Of a stretch of 32,000 nucleotides of DNA, positions 18,238-26,248 are shown in pieces. How positions within the stretch are numbered: the first letter of the stretch is position 1; every line of letters starts with the position of its first letter. The position numbers and the translations under genes are program-made. This DNA comes from Thermoproteus tenax Kra 1 (GTDB taxonomy: Archaea; Thermoproteota; Thermoprotei; Thermoproteales; Thermoproteaceae), in NCBI RefSeq assembly GCF_000253055.1, contig NC_016070.1, positions 1,809,543 through 1,841,542 on the forward strand, read 5' to 3'. The notes beneath the pieces were generated by a model, which had not been told where the DNA came from, ran no database searches, and saw only the letters and a program-made list of their open reading frames with translations.

Positions 18238-18981
18238 GTGTATTTGGGAAAAGGAGCGGCGAGCATCATACTTCAGGCGCTACATGGGGCAAGGGAAAGA
18301 ATAGTTCTATCGTCGCCTTGGATCGGCAAACGCTACGTTGAGCTATTAGTGGAAAAGGCGCTGTCAGGCGTGTCGGTGACCGTCATAACGATGGACTTAT
18401 CTGACAACGACGGAAGACTCCTCGCCAACGCCGCCGATACTTACGGCGAAGAGGAGGTCTCTAAGAGGAGCAGAGAAGTGGCCCGACTGAGAGCTGAATT
18501 GAGGCGCGCAAGGACGGCTGTAGTCAGAGACCTTGCGCTCGCTCTTTTCGCTTCATCTATTTTTATTTTATTAACAAAGATATATAATTCATATTTTTTT
18601 ATTGGCTCTATATTATTTATCATTATTGGAATTATTATGATATTTATAAGGCGGAGGGCCGTGTCGGACGTTAGGGCGAGACTGGAGGAGGCCGAGGCCG
18701 AGTTGGAGAGGGCCGTTGCAAACACCGAGGTGCTTCGTGAGAAGCTGAGGCGCAACTTAAGGGCGATCGTGGTGCCGCTTAATCGGGGGTTCATCCACGC
18801 CAAGGTCTACATAGTTGATAACAAGGCGTGGGCATCGTCAGCAAATCTGACCGACAGCGGGCTATATAACAACGTCGAGTTCGTGATAGAGGTTGATCCA
18901 AAGGTCGCTGAGGACGCCCTGAGGAGGCTGTTGGCCGAGCTAATCGGCCAGTCTGATGAAGATGCCGGGATAATCAACTGA
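18238..18981 (+). CDS. Phospholipase D-like protein with central transmembrane hairpin and single HKD motif
   Basis: HAKVYIVDNKAWASSANLTDSG (HxK-x4-D) in the C-half; FASSIFILLTKIY...FFIGSILFIIIGIIMIFI between coiled-coil-like segments. Confidence 0.8.
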   Translation: MYLGKGAASIILQALHGARERIVLSSPWIGKRYVELLVEKALSGVSVTVITMDLSDNDGRLLANAADTYGEEEVSKRSREVARLRAELRRARTAVVRDLALALFASSIFILLTKIYNSYFFIGSILFIIIGIIMIFIRRRAVSDVRARLEEAEAELERAVANTEVLREKLRRNLRAIVVPLNRGFIHAKVYIVDNKAWASSANLTDSGLYNNVEFVIEVDPKVAEDALRRLLAELIGQSDEDAGIIN

Positions 18982-20193
18982 CATCTTGCCAGCTGAGACC
19001 AAGATGGTCTTGTGCCTTGACGCCAACTCTCTGAACAGCCTCTTTGTCTCACCGGTTTCTGCGAGCTCGAAGTCGCTCAGGACTATAACGACGGACTTGC
19101 GCCTGGCTTTAGAGAGCACGTACCGCAGCGCCTCGTCTGGTATCGTCCCCCCTCCCCCTCTCAGCCCCCTCCTCACTTTCTCCACGTCTGCCTCCCTCTT
19201 TAGCTCGATGGGCTCGTACGCTCTGACGTCCCACGGAACCAGCGTGATCTTTGTAGCGCCCGCCCTCAATACTCCGTATACCTCGGACATAAACCTTCTG
19301 AGCTTCTCGTCGTCGATCGACGCAGAGGTGTCTATCAAGATATATACATCGATGGGATTTGAACCCAAGCCGATCTTGGAGGGATACCATTCGCTCTTCC
19401 TTGAGGGCCTTGACCACCGCTTTCTCACATCCCGAAGGTTGGCGAGCGCCTCCTCCAACTCCGCCTTCAATAGCTTTCTCCAATCGAGGGTGGGCCTCTC
19501 CAGCTGGCCCACGATCCTCAACTGGCCTCCGGGCGAGGTGCCGGGATCCTTGTACGTCTGAAGCCTTCTAATGCCGCGCTCCAAGGCCCTTCTCACAGAG
19601 CCGGCGTCCTTCGCCCTCCGCACCTCCTCGGATCCTTGATTTATTAGACGGTAATCGGAGACCTCCTTGTCTCCTTCGGCTAGCCGCGATGACTGTTTGT
19701 ACAGCCGAAATAGTTGCCTCCTGGACAGTTGCGAGAGCTTGGACGCTAGCTCTTCGGCGGACATCTTCAGTGCCGCAACCCTTGAGACGCCCACGTGGCC
19801 CGCCCTCAACATATCCCAGGGCACCTCGAAGCCGCTTGCCTCAAGCCTCTCGTTTATGACCACGTCCGCTGCTACGTTGAAGGAGTAGGCTTCCTCGATC
19901 TTTCCCATCTTCATCAGATCCTTGGCCCTCTCCAAGTGGCCAAGATACGCGTGGAGAACCTCGTGCATAAGGATGGCCGCTCTGTGTTCTGTGGACAGGG
20001 ACTGTGAGAAGAACCTATCGCCGACCAAGATTGTGTTGCCGGTGAACATCGCATAGGCGTTCTTCGGGACATCCTTGGAATAGCCTATGGGAAACGACAT
20101 GACTAAGAAGTAGTACGTGGGGTCCCTCATCATTAGGTACTCCTTGACCTTCTGGAACTCGTTTAAAACGCGTTGGTCGTCCATCAGCTCCAC
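18940..20193 (-). CDS. DUF2201-type putative metallopeptidase with C-terminal vWA domain
   Basis: Metallopeptidase motif HEVLHAYLGHLE; MIDAS elements DVYILIDTSASIDD, GGTIPDEAL, IVVLSDFELAE. Confidence 0.9.
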   Translation of the reverse strand: MELMDDQRVLNEFQKVKEYLMMRDPTYYFLVMSFPIGYSKDVPKNAYAMFTGNTILVGDRFFSQSLSTEHRAAILMHEVLHAYLGHLERAKDLMKMGKIEEAYSFNVAADVVINERLEASGFEVPWDMLRAGHVGVSRVAALKMSAEELASKLSQLSRRQLFRLYKQSSRLAEGDKEVSDYRLINQGSEEVRRAKDAGSVRRALERGIRRLQTYKDPGTSPGGQLRIVGQLERPTLDWRKLLKAELEEALANLRDVRKRWSRPSRKSEWYPSKIGLGSNPIDVYILIDTSASIDDEKLRRFMSEVYGVLRAGATKITLVPWDVRAYEPIELKREADVEKVRRGLRGGGGTIPDEALRYVLSKARRKSVVIVLSDFELAETGETKRLFRELASRHKTILVSAGKMSVDYPGIFIRLAD

Positions 20194-20423
20194 AGAGCCG
20201 ACGCAACTTTTCTGACCTTCAGCGGCAGCTGCGCCACAAACTCCTCGAGCACGTCGCGCCGCATGCCCACCCTCTCCTTGAAGAGTCTCACGGCCGTCGA
20301 GAGTATATATGCATAGAACTCCCGCTCCTCTTCAGCCAATTTTTCCAGTAGCCCCAAGTCTATCGATCTCCCCGACAAATACCTATCTACTAGCGCCTTA
20401 GCGTAAAGAGAGGCGGCTATCAA
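20184..20423 (-). CDS. Small all-helical ORF between AAA+ and vWA genes
   Basis: 79-aa ORF overlapping the vWA gene start by 10 nt, filling the gap in the operon. Confidence 0.55.
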   Translation of the reverse strand: MIAASLYAKALVDRYLSGRSIDLGLLEKLAEEEREFYAYILSTAVRLFKERVGMRRDVLEEFVAQLPLKVRKVASALWS

Positions 20424-20430
20424 CTTCTGC

Positions 20431-21348
20431 TCAAGATCGAACTTTTTCCAATGCTCTAGCGGTCTTTCGAAAAAAGTCTTTGGGCACCTTCGACATATAG
20501 AAATTTAAGAACTTGGAGCCCACAGACCTCCCCACGTTGCCGTATATTATTTCGGCAACGGTGTCCTCATCCGCGTTACCGCCGATTATGTGTAGCTGAA
20601 GGGCCAGGCGGGTCCAAGATCTGGGCGTCGGGTAGGGCTCCAGCCCCTCGGGCTCTTTTGGCACCTCGAAAAGGAACGAGGGGCCCTCTCTCAAGAACTC
20701 GCAGACGGCCCTCTCCCACGCGCTCCCATATCTATTGTCCATGTATGTGCACCATTCGTCGACTGTGGGAGGTTCAACGTTGAGCACGGTGAGCCTATTG
20801 AGGAGGGGGGCCGGCAGAGGCTCGGCGTCGGCGCTCATAGAGGGCGGGTTTCCCGCGAGTACTATTATCACATCCGGCGAGATGCGCCAGCTCCACCCAG
20901 CCTTGCCCTCCTGCACGAGACTATAGAAGAATACTCTCTGGTCAGCTCTCTTTACATTGGTCATCTCGTCGATGAAGAACAAGCCTCTGCACTTAGATAG
21001 TATCATCAGCCTCACAGGCGTCAAGAAGTCTACGACGTCACCTGAGGTCAACGGCTTCGGTATCGATACGTCCTCGGGGAATATGTGGGGAGCCGCCACT
21101 CTGAAGTACACAAAGTAGTCTCTACAGTTGTCTACAAGCTTGCGGGCGGTTTCGTTGTCGACTATATCCAGATCGACGAATATCCTGCCCTCCTTCCTCG
21201 CGAGCTCCCTCGCGTACTGTTCAGTCACCTCGGTTTTCCCGATGCCGGGCCCTCCCAACAATAGGGTTCTGTTGAGGGTCTCTGGAGGAAGATTAAGTAT
21301 CTGAGTGATTCTGACCACATGGCATACCTCTTTCCAATATAAAACCAT
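20431..21348 (-). CDS. MoxR-like AAA+ ATPase (start may be internal GTG, ...VVRITQILNLPPETL)
   Basis: Walker A LLGGPGIGKTE, Walker B GLFFIDEMTN, sensor IIVLAGNPP, arginine-finger-like PLLNRL. Confidence 0.9.
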   Translation of the reverse strand: MVLYWKEVCHVVRITQILNLPPETLNRTLLLGGPGIGKTEVTEQYARELARKEGRIFVDLDIVDNETARKLVDNCRDYFVYFRVAAPHIFPEDVSIPKPLTSGDVVDFLTPVRLMILSKCRGLFFIDEMTNVKRADQRVFFYSLVQEGKAGWSWRISPDVIIVLAGNPPSMSADAEPLPAPLLNRLTVLNVEPPTVDEWCTYMDNRYGSAWERAVCEFLREGPSFLFEVPKEPEGLEPYPTPRSWTRLALQLHIIGGNADEDTVAEIIYGNVGRSVGSKFLNFYMSKVPKDFFRKTARALEKVRS

Positions 21349-21372
21349 TTGGAGACGATATAGCTAGCGAGG

Positions 21373-22125
21373 CTAGGAGAACAACAATTTGTAGAGCGCC
21401 AGGCACTCCTTATACGTGAGCCCCTCACAAGCCTTACCGGGCTTGCAGAACTCAGCCAAGTTGTTTACAAAAGCTACGGCGTCCTCTAGACGTCTAAAGA
21501 AGGCCGATGCATAGATGGCGCCGCTGAAGGCCCTCTTTATTATCGTTGCGCCTAAATCCTCAAGTATCTTCGGAGCCGCCATTATCACTGGGCAACCTCC
21601 TCTGATGGAGAGCCCTATATCGAAGCCGCCCTCGCATATATAGAGGTCCATGTCTCTGTTGTTGCTCACTATATACGCATAGATACATGCGCCTCTGAGG
21701 TCGACGTCTATGAACTTGGGCTCGATGAACTTGTAAACTACGTCTAAGAGCGCCGGGGCCTTGCGGTTCGCGCACTCGAGCGCCGACATGAAGTTCTCGA
21801 GCCCCTTAGTCGAGAAGGTCGAGTTGCCGTATCTGAGGACCACAGAGGCTCCGTGGACGCTTATGTGGCTGAGCCTTCTTCCCCCTATGTTGCAGTAGAC
21901 CGATCTCAACGAAGTTAAGCGCCACGTTGAAAGCCACGAGACGACGAAGGCCAGCGCCAGCGCCGTGGCTGCGACGTGGAGGCCTCTGATCCACAGAAAG
22001 GCGGACAGAAATAGGAATACGAGGAAGCCCCCACGCTCGAGGAAGAAGCGGTAGTAGCCAAGAAATAGCAACACCAATATTCCGTCTTCCAGATTAAAAT
22101 TTCTTTTTCGAATGAAGTTCTGCAT
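21373..22125 (-). CDS. Membrane protein with N-terminal TM helices and soluble C-terminal domain, unknown
   Basis: Hydrophobic segments GILVLLFLGYYRFFLERGGFLVFLFLSAFLWI and VAATALALAFVVSWL; 25 nt upstream of the AAA+ gene on the same strand. Confidence 0.65.
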   Translation of the reverse strand: MQNFIRKRNFNLEDGILVLLFLGYYRFFLERGGFLVFLFLSAFLWIRGLHVAATALALAFVVSWLSTWRLTSLRSVYCNIGGRRLSHISVHGASVVLRYGNSTFSTKGLENFMSALECANRKAPALLDVVYKFIEPKFIDVDLRGACIYAYIVSNNRDMDLYICEGGFDIGLSIRGGCPVIMAAPKILEDLGATIIKRAFSGAIYASAFFRRLEDAVAFVNNLAEFCKPGKACEGLTYKECLALYKLLFS

Positions 22126-22272
22126 TTGGCGCAGAGCCGTTGAACACCTAGCCGAAAACTACCCAATTTGCGAGAGGCTTGTTCCATTTTGGATCGGCCA
22201 TCGGAAATGCCTCTAGGGGCTTTCTCCTCGCCTTAAGGGGCATCCACGATGCCTCAGCCGAGGAGTCTTGGG

Positions 22273-22311
22273 TTGTGACCCCCTCCTCGCCCTGATGGGT
22301 GAGGCTTTCTA
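22273..22311 (-). repeat. Second solitary TnpB-end-like hairpin motif
   Basis: Minus strand: agaaagcctcacccatcagggcgaggagggggtcacaac; same layout (GCCTC-CCC-AGGGCG-GGAG-GGTCA) as 8311..8350. Confidence 0.4.
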
Positions 22312-22473
22312 TTGTAACAGCGTAGTCCCCTCTTGATGTCTACGATGGCTACGGCGTCGCGCCCTCTTCCGACCACAGTGAAGGAAGGCGAGAGGGCTCT
22401 GGGCAGATCTGCCGCGGGCCTGAACGCCTCTACAGATCGGAAGAGTTAAATCCCAGGCGAGTATTTCTAGCGC

Positions 22474-23136
22474 GTGTCCCATAAAGTCATCACGGCCAGC
22501 GGCTCATTGGTGGGCGCCGTCGCGAAGAGCCGTAGGCTAGACCATCTTGCGATAGGCTATCTGGTCGCTCTGGCTGTATACGATATATTAGCCGACGTAT
22601 TTGCGCCTTATCTGCCACCCGAAGCCCTCGTCTATCTCTTCATCATAATAGAGGCCGCGTTTTTGATGGGCTTGCGGTGGATACAGCCCAGGTTCTCGAG
22701 GAGGGGGCTCTACGATGGACTCTTCTGGTTTGTTCTGTGGTTCGTGGCCCTTATGTACATTTCAGCTCTAATACCCTCGGGAGATGTCGTTTCCGATATA
22801 AAGTCGTTATACTACGAGGGTCTGTTGCCCTTAATGATAGTGGCGTATCTATTGATCGAGCCGGTGGTCTCGGAGCTCTACTTCCGTGCCGTGATTTTCC
22901 AGAGACTCGTGGGGCGGAGCCGGCCGGCCGCATACCTTGCATCATCGCTCCTCTGGTCGTTTCTGCTCACAGCGCCGGAGGACTTGGGCGGTCTCGCCAC
23001 AGCTCTTGTTATGTCGTTGTTGGGCATCATATTGGCGTATGCCTACGAGAGGGGAGGGTTTACCTCTTCGCTCATAATTCACGCCATATTCTCAGCTTTA
23101 TACACTGTGAACCTCGTGATTATAGCCTTAGGATAA
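22474..23136 (+). CDS. CPBP-family (CAAX protease-like) intramembrane protein
   Basis: EPVVSELYFRAVIFQRLVGR, SSLLWSFLLTAPEDLG, SLIIHAIFSAL; multiple TM helices. Confidence 0.8.
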   Translation: MSHKVITASGSLVGAVAKSRRLDHLAIGYLVALAVYDILADVFAPYLPPEALVYLFIIIEAAFLMGLRWIQPRFSRRGLYDGLFWFVLWFVALMYISALIPSGDVVSDIKSLYYEGLLPLMIVAYLLIEPVVSELYFRAVIFQRLVGRSRPAAYLASSLLWSFLLTAPEDLGGLATALVMSLLGIILAYAYERGGFTSSLIIHAIFSALYTVNLVIIALG

Positions 23137-23218
23137 CGTTTTGCTCGCCCCTTTGCGTCTCCCGGTCCCCTCTGGGGCTCCGCGTCTGTCCAACTCGTTA
23201 AGGCGCCACTAATGGGAG

Positions 23219-23746
23219 CTAGCCTACTTCAACGATTCCTCTCGGCGCTGTGGAGCTACAGACGGCTTTAGCCATATCGCGGGGGTCGGAGAAATAGCGC
23301 ACTGAGGAGCTACGCCTCTCATCTATGTAATCGGAGAAGGCCTTCGGCAAATTGTCTGTGGCCAGACCTGTTCCTGTTAACACAAAGACAGGCTTCCCCA
23401 TAGCGTAGCCCATTAAGATCTCGATGATTGTACCAGCCGCTCCGCCGAACGCGACGACGACGTCGGAGGATCTGACTAACATGACGCTCCTACAACGGTA
23501 TTCGCAACCGGTCCTCACACCGATGGCCTCCTCGGGCAACTCGACATCCTCTCGCTCTATTGGGAGAAAGACCACCACGGGGAGGGCTCTCTTTAACGCC
23601 TCATCAACCACATGCCTCATGAGGCCCCAGTAGCCTCCGACCATTACGACGGGTCTCGCGCACCTCGTAAGCTCATCGAAAAACTCGGCTATCTTCTCTG
23701 CCACCTCGGCTGAATCTGTGCTGTGCGCTGCTACGGCCAACTTCAT
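23219..23746 (-). CDS. TIGR00725/LOG-like Rossmann nucleotide-binding protein
   Basis: VVMVGGYWGLMRHVVDEAL, VVVAFGGAAGTIIEILMGYAMGKPVFVL. Confidence 0.82.
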   Translation of the reverse strand: MKLAVAAHSTDSAEVAEKIAEFFDELTRCARPVVMVGGYWGLMRHVVDEALKRALPVVVFLPIEREDVELPEEAIGVRTGCEYRCRSVMLVRSSDVVVAFGGAAGTIIEILMGYAMGKPVFVLTGTGLATDNLPKAFSDYIDERRSSSVRYFSDPRDMAKAVCSSTAPRGIVEVG

Positions 23747-24267
23747 AGGCGCGCCAAATACAATATGTGCGGGACCTCAGGCAGGATGATTCTCAGCCCA
23801 ACCTCAACGGCGTTAGGCGAGCCGGGCAGCGCCACTACCAACTTACCGTTTATGATGCCGGCGAGCGCCCTCGACATTATTGCGGCGGTTCCCACCTCCC
23901 TATAGCTCTCCAAACGAAAAATATCGCCAAAACCATCTATTTCTTTGTCCAATAGGGGCCTCACGGCCTCCACAGTGACGTCGCTCCTCGCTATGCCTGT
24001 GCCGCCTGTGAACACCACGGCGTCTACGTCGTCCCTCTTCAACAGATCCATCAGGACGCTCCTTATCATAACTACGTCGTCTTTAATCAGACTCCTCCCA
24101 GCGACTCTGTGCCCGGCGGCCTCTATCATGCGGACGGCCACATCGCCTGACTCATCGGTGTAGCTATGGCCAGACTTGGCCGCCTCAAATCTAGACGTGC
24201 TCACTGTGACAACCCAGAAGGAGGCCCTCTGAGGGCCCTTGGCCTTGTGCTCCTCGTGCGGCCTCAT
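23743..24267 (-). CDS. moaB: MoaB/MogA family molybdopterin protein
   Basis: DAVVFTGGTGIARSDVTVEAVRPLLDKEIDGFGDIFRLESYREVGTAAIMSRALAG...LVVALPGSPNAVEVGL. Confidence 0.92.
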   Translation of the reverse strand: MRPHEEHKAKGPQRASFWVVTVSTSRFEAAKSGHSYTDESGDVAVRMIEAAGHRVAGRSLIKDDVVMIRSVLMDLLKRDDVDAVVFTGGTGIARSDVTVEAVRPLLDKEIDGFGDIFRLESYREVGTAAIMSRALAGIINGKLVVALPGSPNAVEVGLRIILPEVPHILYLARL

Positions 24268-24289
24268 GGGCGCTCAGACGGTGAGCCTT

Positions 24290-25162
24290 TTAAGAATTAG
24301 CCGGCTGGAGGACGATCTCTCTGCTTTTGCCGACGATTAGATCGATATATATCTCCGCCGCGTTGATTAAGTAGTCGATTATTCTATCCGCATGCAACAT
24401 CGTGAGCTCATCCTCAGCGTACTGTCTGAGCACAAAGCGCATTTTGTTCAAAGAATCTATTAAGTCGAAGACTGCCGCCAGATCGCCAGTCGAGGACTTA
24501 CGAGAGAACTCATCTACGGCGCCTTTGAGGGCTCCGACGAGCTCCCTCTTTGGCTCCAAGGCCGCCAACTCGACCAAATGGTCGGCCGCTCTCTCTATAT
24601 AGCGGGCCAGCTGGACGTGTCTGACGCACGAACCTGTGGGATATTTGTAGCAGAGTCTCTCTATCATGTGCCTATATCTGTCTACCTCGTCGTCCACGCT
24701 TTCCATGAGGGCAGGATCGGCCTTGGGCGCAGTCATGACGTGGTCCATCATAAAGGACAGTGTTGAGATCATCCTTGCTATGAGCTTCTCTCTATCTATC
24801 TTGACGTCTTCAACTCTGAATACTATGTAGTCGGGCCCCTCCTCCACAGGTAGCATATAGAGCCCTCTGGCCGACGACATTATCTTATGTCTAAACTGCA
24901 AATCCATGCCCTTTACCTCGAGCTTCACCTCGTCGTACCCGGTCACGAGCGCGGCTACGAGCAATTTAACCACTGTATCTTGCCTAGGCTCAGACACCTT
25001 GATGGCCACGGCCCTCATATGTGCCGGCTTGATGGCCACTACGTCCTCCTCCCATATCACGCTAACTTCGCTCCTCTCGTTGACTGAGTTCCTCTCGCAC
25101 CAAGGCTTGGGGAGAAAGACTGCGTAGGACTCCCTTATTTTGAATATCTTCCTAGTCTCCAC
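24290..25162 (-). CDS. PhoU-domain protein with N-terminal AbrB-like domain
   Basis: N-terminal METRKIFKIRESYAVFLPKPWCE, then helical PhoU-like repeats (DEVDRYRHMIERLCYKY; YIERAADHLVELAA; YLINAAEIYIDLIVG). Confidence 0.85.
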   Translation of the reverse strand: METRKIFKIRESYAVFLPKPWCERNSVNERSEVSVIWEEDVVAIKPAHMRAVAIKVSEPRQDTVVKLLVAALVTGYDEVKLEVKGMDLQFRHKIMSSARGLYMLPVEEGPDYIVFRVEDVKIDREKLIARMISTLSFMMDHVMTAPKADPALMESVDDEVDRYRHMIERLCYKYPTGSCVRHVQLARYIERAADHLVELAALEPKRELVGALKGAVDEFSRKSSTGDLAAVFDLIDSLNKMRFVLRQYAEDELTMLHADRIIDYLINAAEIYIDLIVGKSREIVLQPANS

Positions 25163-25191
25163 AAGCTTGTTTAAATTAACTTAATATAGTT

Positions 25192-25566
25192 TTAACTTCG
25201 ATTGGTGAGGGCGTTTATGAGCATTCTGAGGGCCAAGTGCGTTCTCTCAACGCTTTTCTCAATGGACGCAATAACCTCTAGCTCGAGCGGCGTTTTTGCC
25301 GCGTTTCTCAATGAGCGTATCATGCTTAAATGGGCCTCATAGTGTTTACACATCTCGTTGAGCCTCTCAACTACGTCGGTCTCCTCGCGGGGGCCCTCAA
25401 TGGGCGGCAGATCTTTGACGTTCAATATCTCGAGGAGGCGGAGCCTCAAATAGGTCTCGCGAATTGCGCTGTCAATAAATTCCGATAGATATTCGTCCTT
25501 TATGGAGCCCCTTAGCCTGAGCAGCTCCGATATGTGATCCATCTCATCCCTAATTATCTGCTCCAT
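25192..25566 (-). CDS. PhoU/DUF47-like helical protein (ORF track shows 25192..25746)
   Basis: Downstream MEQIIRDEMDHISELLRLRGSIKDEYLSEF... start chosen because the longer ORF runs antisense into the CBS gene; the C-terminus is helical with a conserved-looking THLALRMLINAL. Confidence 0.6.
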   Translation of the reverse strand: MEQIIRDEMDHISELLRLRGSIKDEYLSEFIDSAIRETYLRLRLLEILNVKDLPPIEGPREETDVVERLNEMCKHYEAHLSMIRSLRNAAKTPLELEVIASIEKSVERTHLALRMLINALTNRS

Positions 25567-25645
25567 AGCTATCCTGAGTTGCACATTAAAATTGTTTTGC
25601 AATGTTCTATAATTACTAAAAAAAGATAAAAGTCTCCTCTCACTA

Positions 25646-26080
25646 TTGGGTATGTCGGTCGCCCAGTTCGCTTCTACGGACGTGGTAAAAACTACGCCCA
25701 ACTTGTCCATACGCGATGCCGCGAAGTTGATGAGGAAGCATAACATAGGCCTCCTCGTGTTGGTGGATCACAGCGATCCCTATAAGGTCGTCGGCGTAGT
25801 CTCGGAGAGGGACATTGTCCACGCTATAGCAGAGGGGATTGACCCAGAGAGGCCCGTCGAGGCGATTGCCACGAAAAGCGTGATCACCGTGGAGGCGGAG
25901 GACCCACTGAGCAAGGCGGCCGAGTTGATGAGGAGACACAACATAAGGCATCTGGTGGTAGTTAAAGACGGCAGACTATACGGCGTGTTGTCGATAAAGG
26001 ACTTAGTCTACGAGGAGAATGCGCTTAAGGCTATATCGGGCTACGAGGAGTGGACTTTCGAGAGAGGGATGAGTGCGTGA
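25646..26080 (+). CDS. CBS-pair domain protein
   Basis: Two CBS repeats: SIRDAAKLMRKHNIGLLVLVD...GVVSERDIVHAI and AEDPLSKAAELMRRHNIRHLVVVKDGRLYGVLSIKDLV. Confidence 0.93.
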   Translation: MGMSVAQFASTDVVKTTPNLSIRDAAKLMRKHNIGLLVLVDHSDPYKVVGVVSERDIVHAIAEGIDPERPVEAIATKSVITVEAEDPLSKAAELMRRHNIRHLVVVKDGRLYGVLSIKDLVYEENALKAISGYEEWTFERGMSA

Positions 26081-26248
26081 AATGCCCCCTTAGCGGCGCC
26101 CGGCCCTCTCCCGGGGGCCGGGGCCCGCCCCGGAGCCGCCTTTCGGCAACCCCAGGGCGAGGGGGACGCGACCGTGCCCCGGCGCACGGGCGCGACGTTC
26201 GGCCGCGTCCCCAGAGCCGGGAATGTGGTTCATGCGAGAGGAAAACTT
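26081..26248 (-). ncRNA. Candidate omegaRNA (reRNA) at the 3' end of tnpB
   Basis: Immediately downstream of tnpB; 83% GC over 26101-26220 by hand count. Perfect stems: 26162-26170/26204-26212 (9 bp) enclosing 26172-26177/26184-26189 (6 bp); 26099-26106/26115-26122 (8 bp); GCC-GAAA-GGC tetraloop hairpin at 26138-26147. On minus it ends ...gccgctaagggggcatt next to the CBS stop codon. Confidence 0.65.

Noticed and set aside
19109-19483. ORFs inside the vWA gene (19109..19483 -, 18986..19561 +)
   Set aside because: The metallopeptidase/vWA frame covers them; the 19109 translation is K/R/G-rich and lacks domain signatures.
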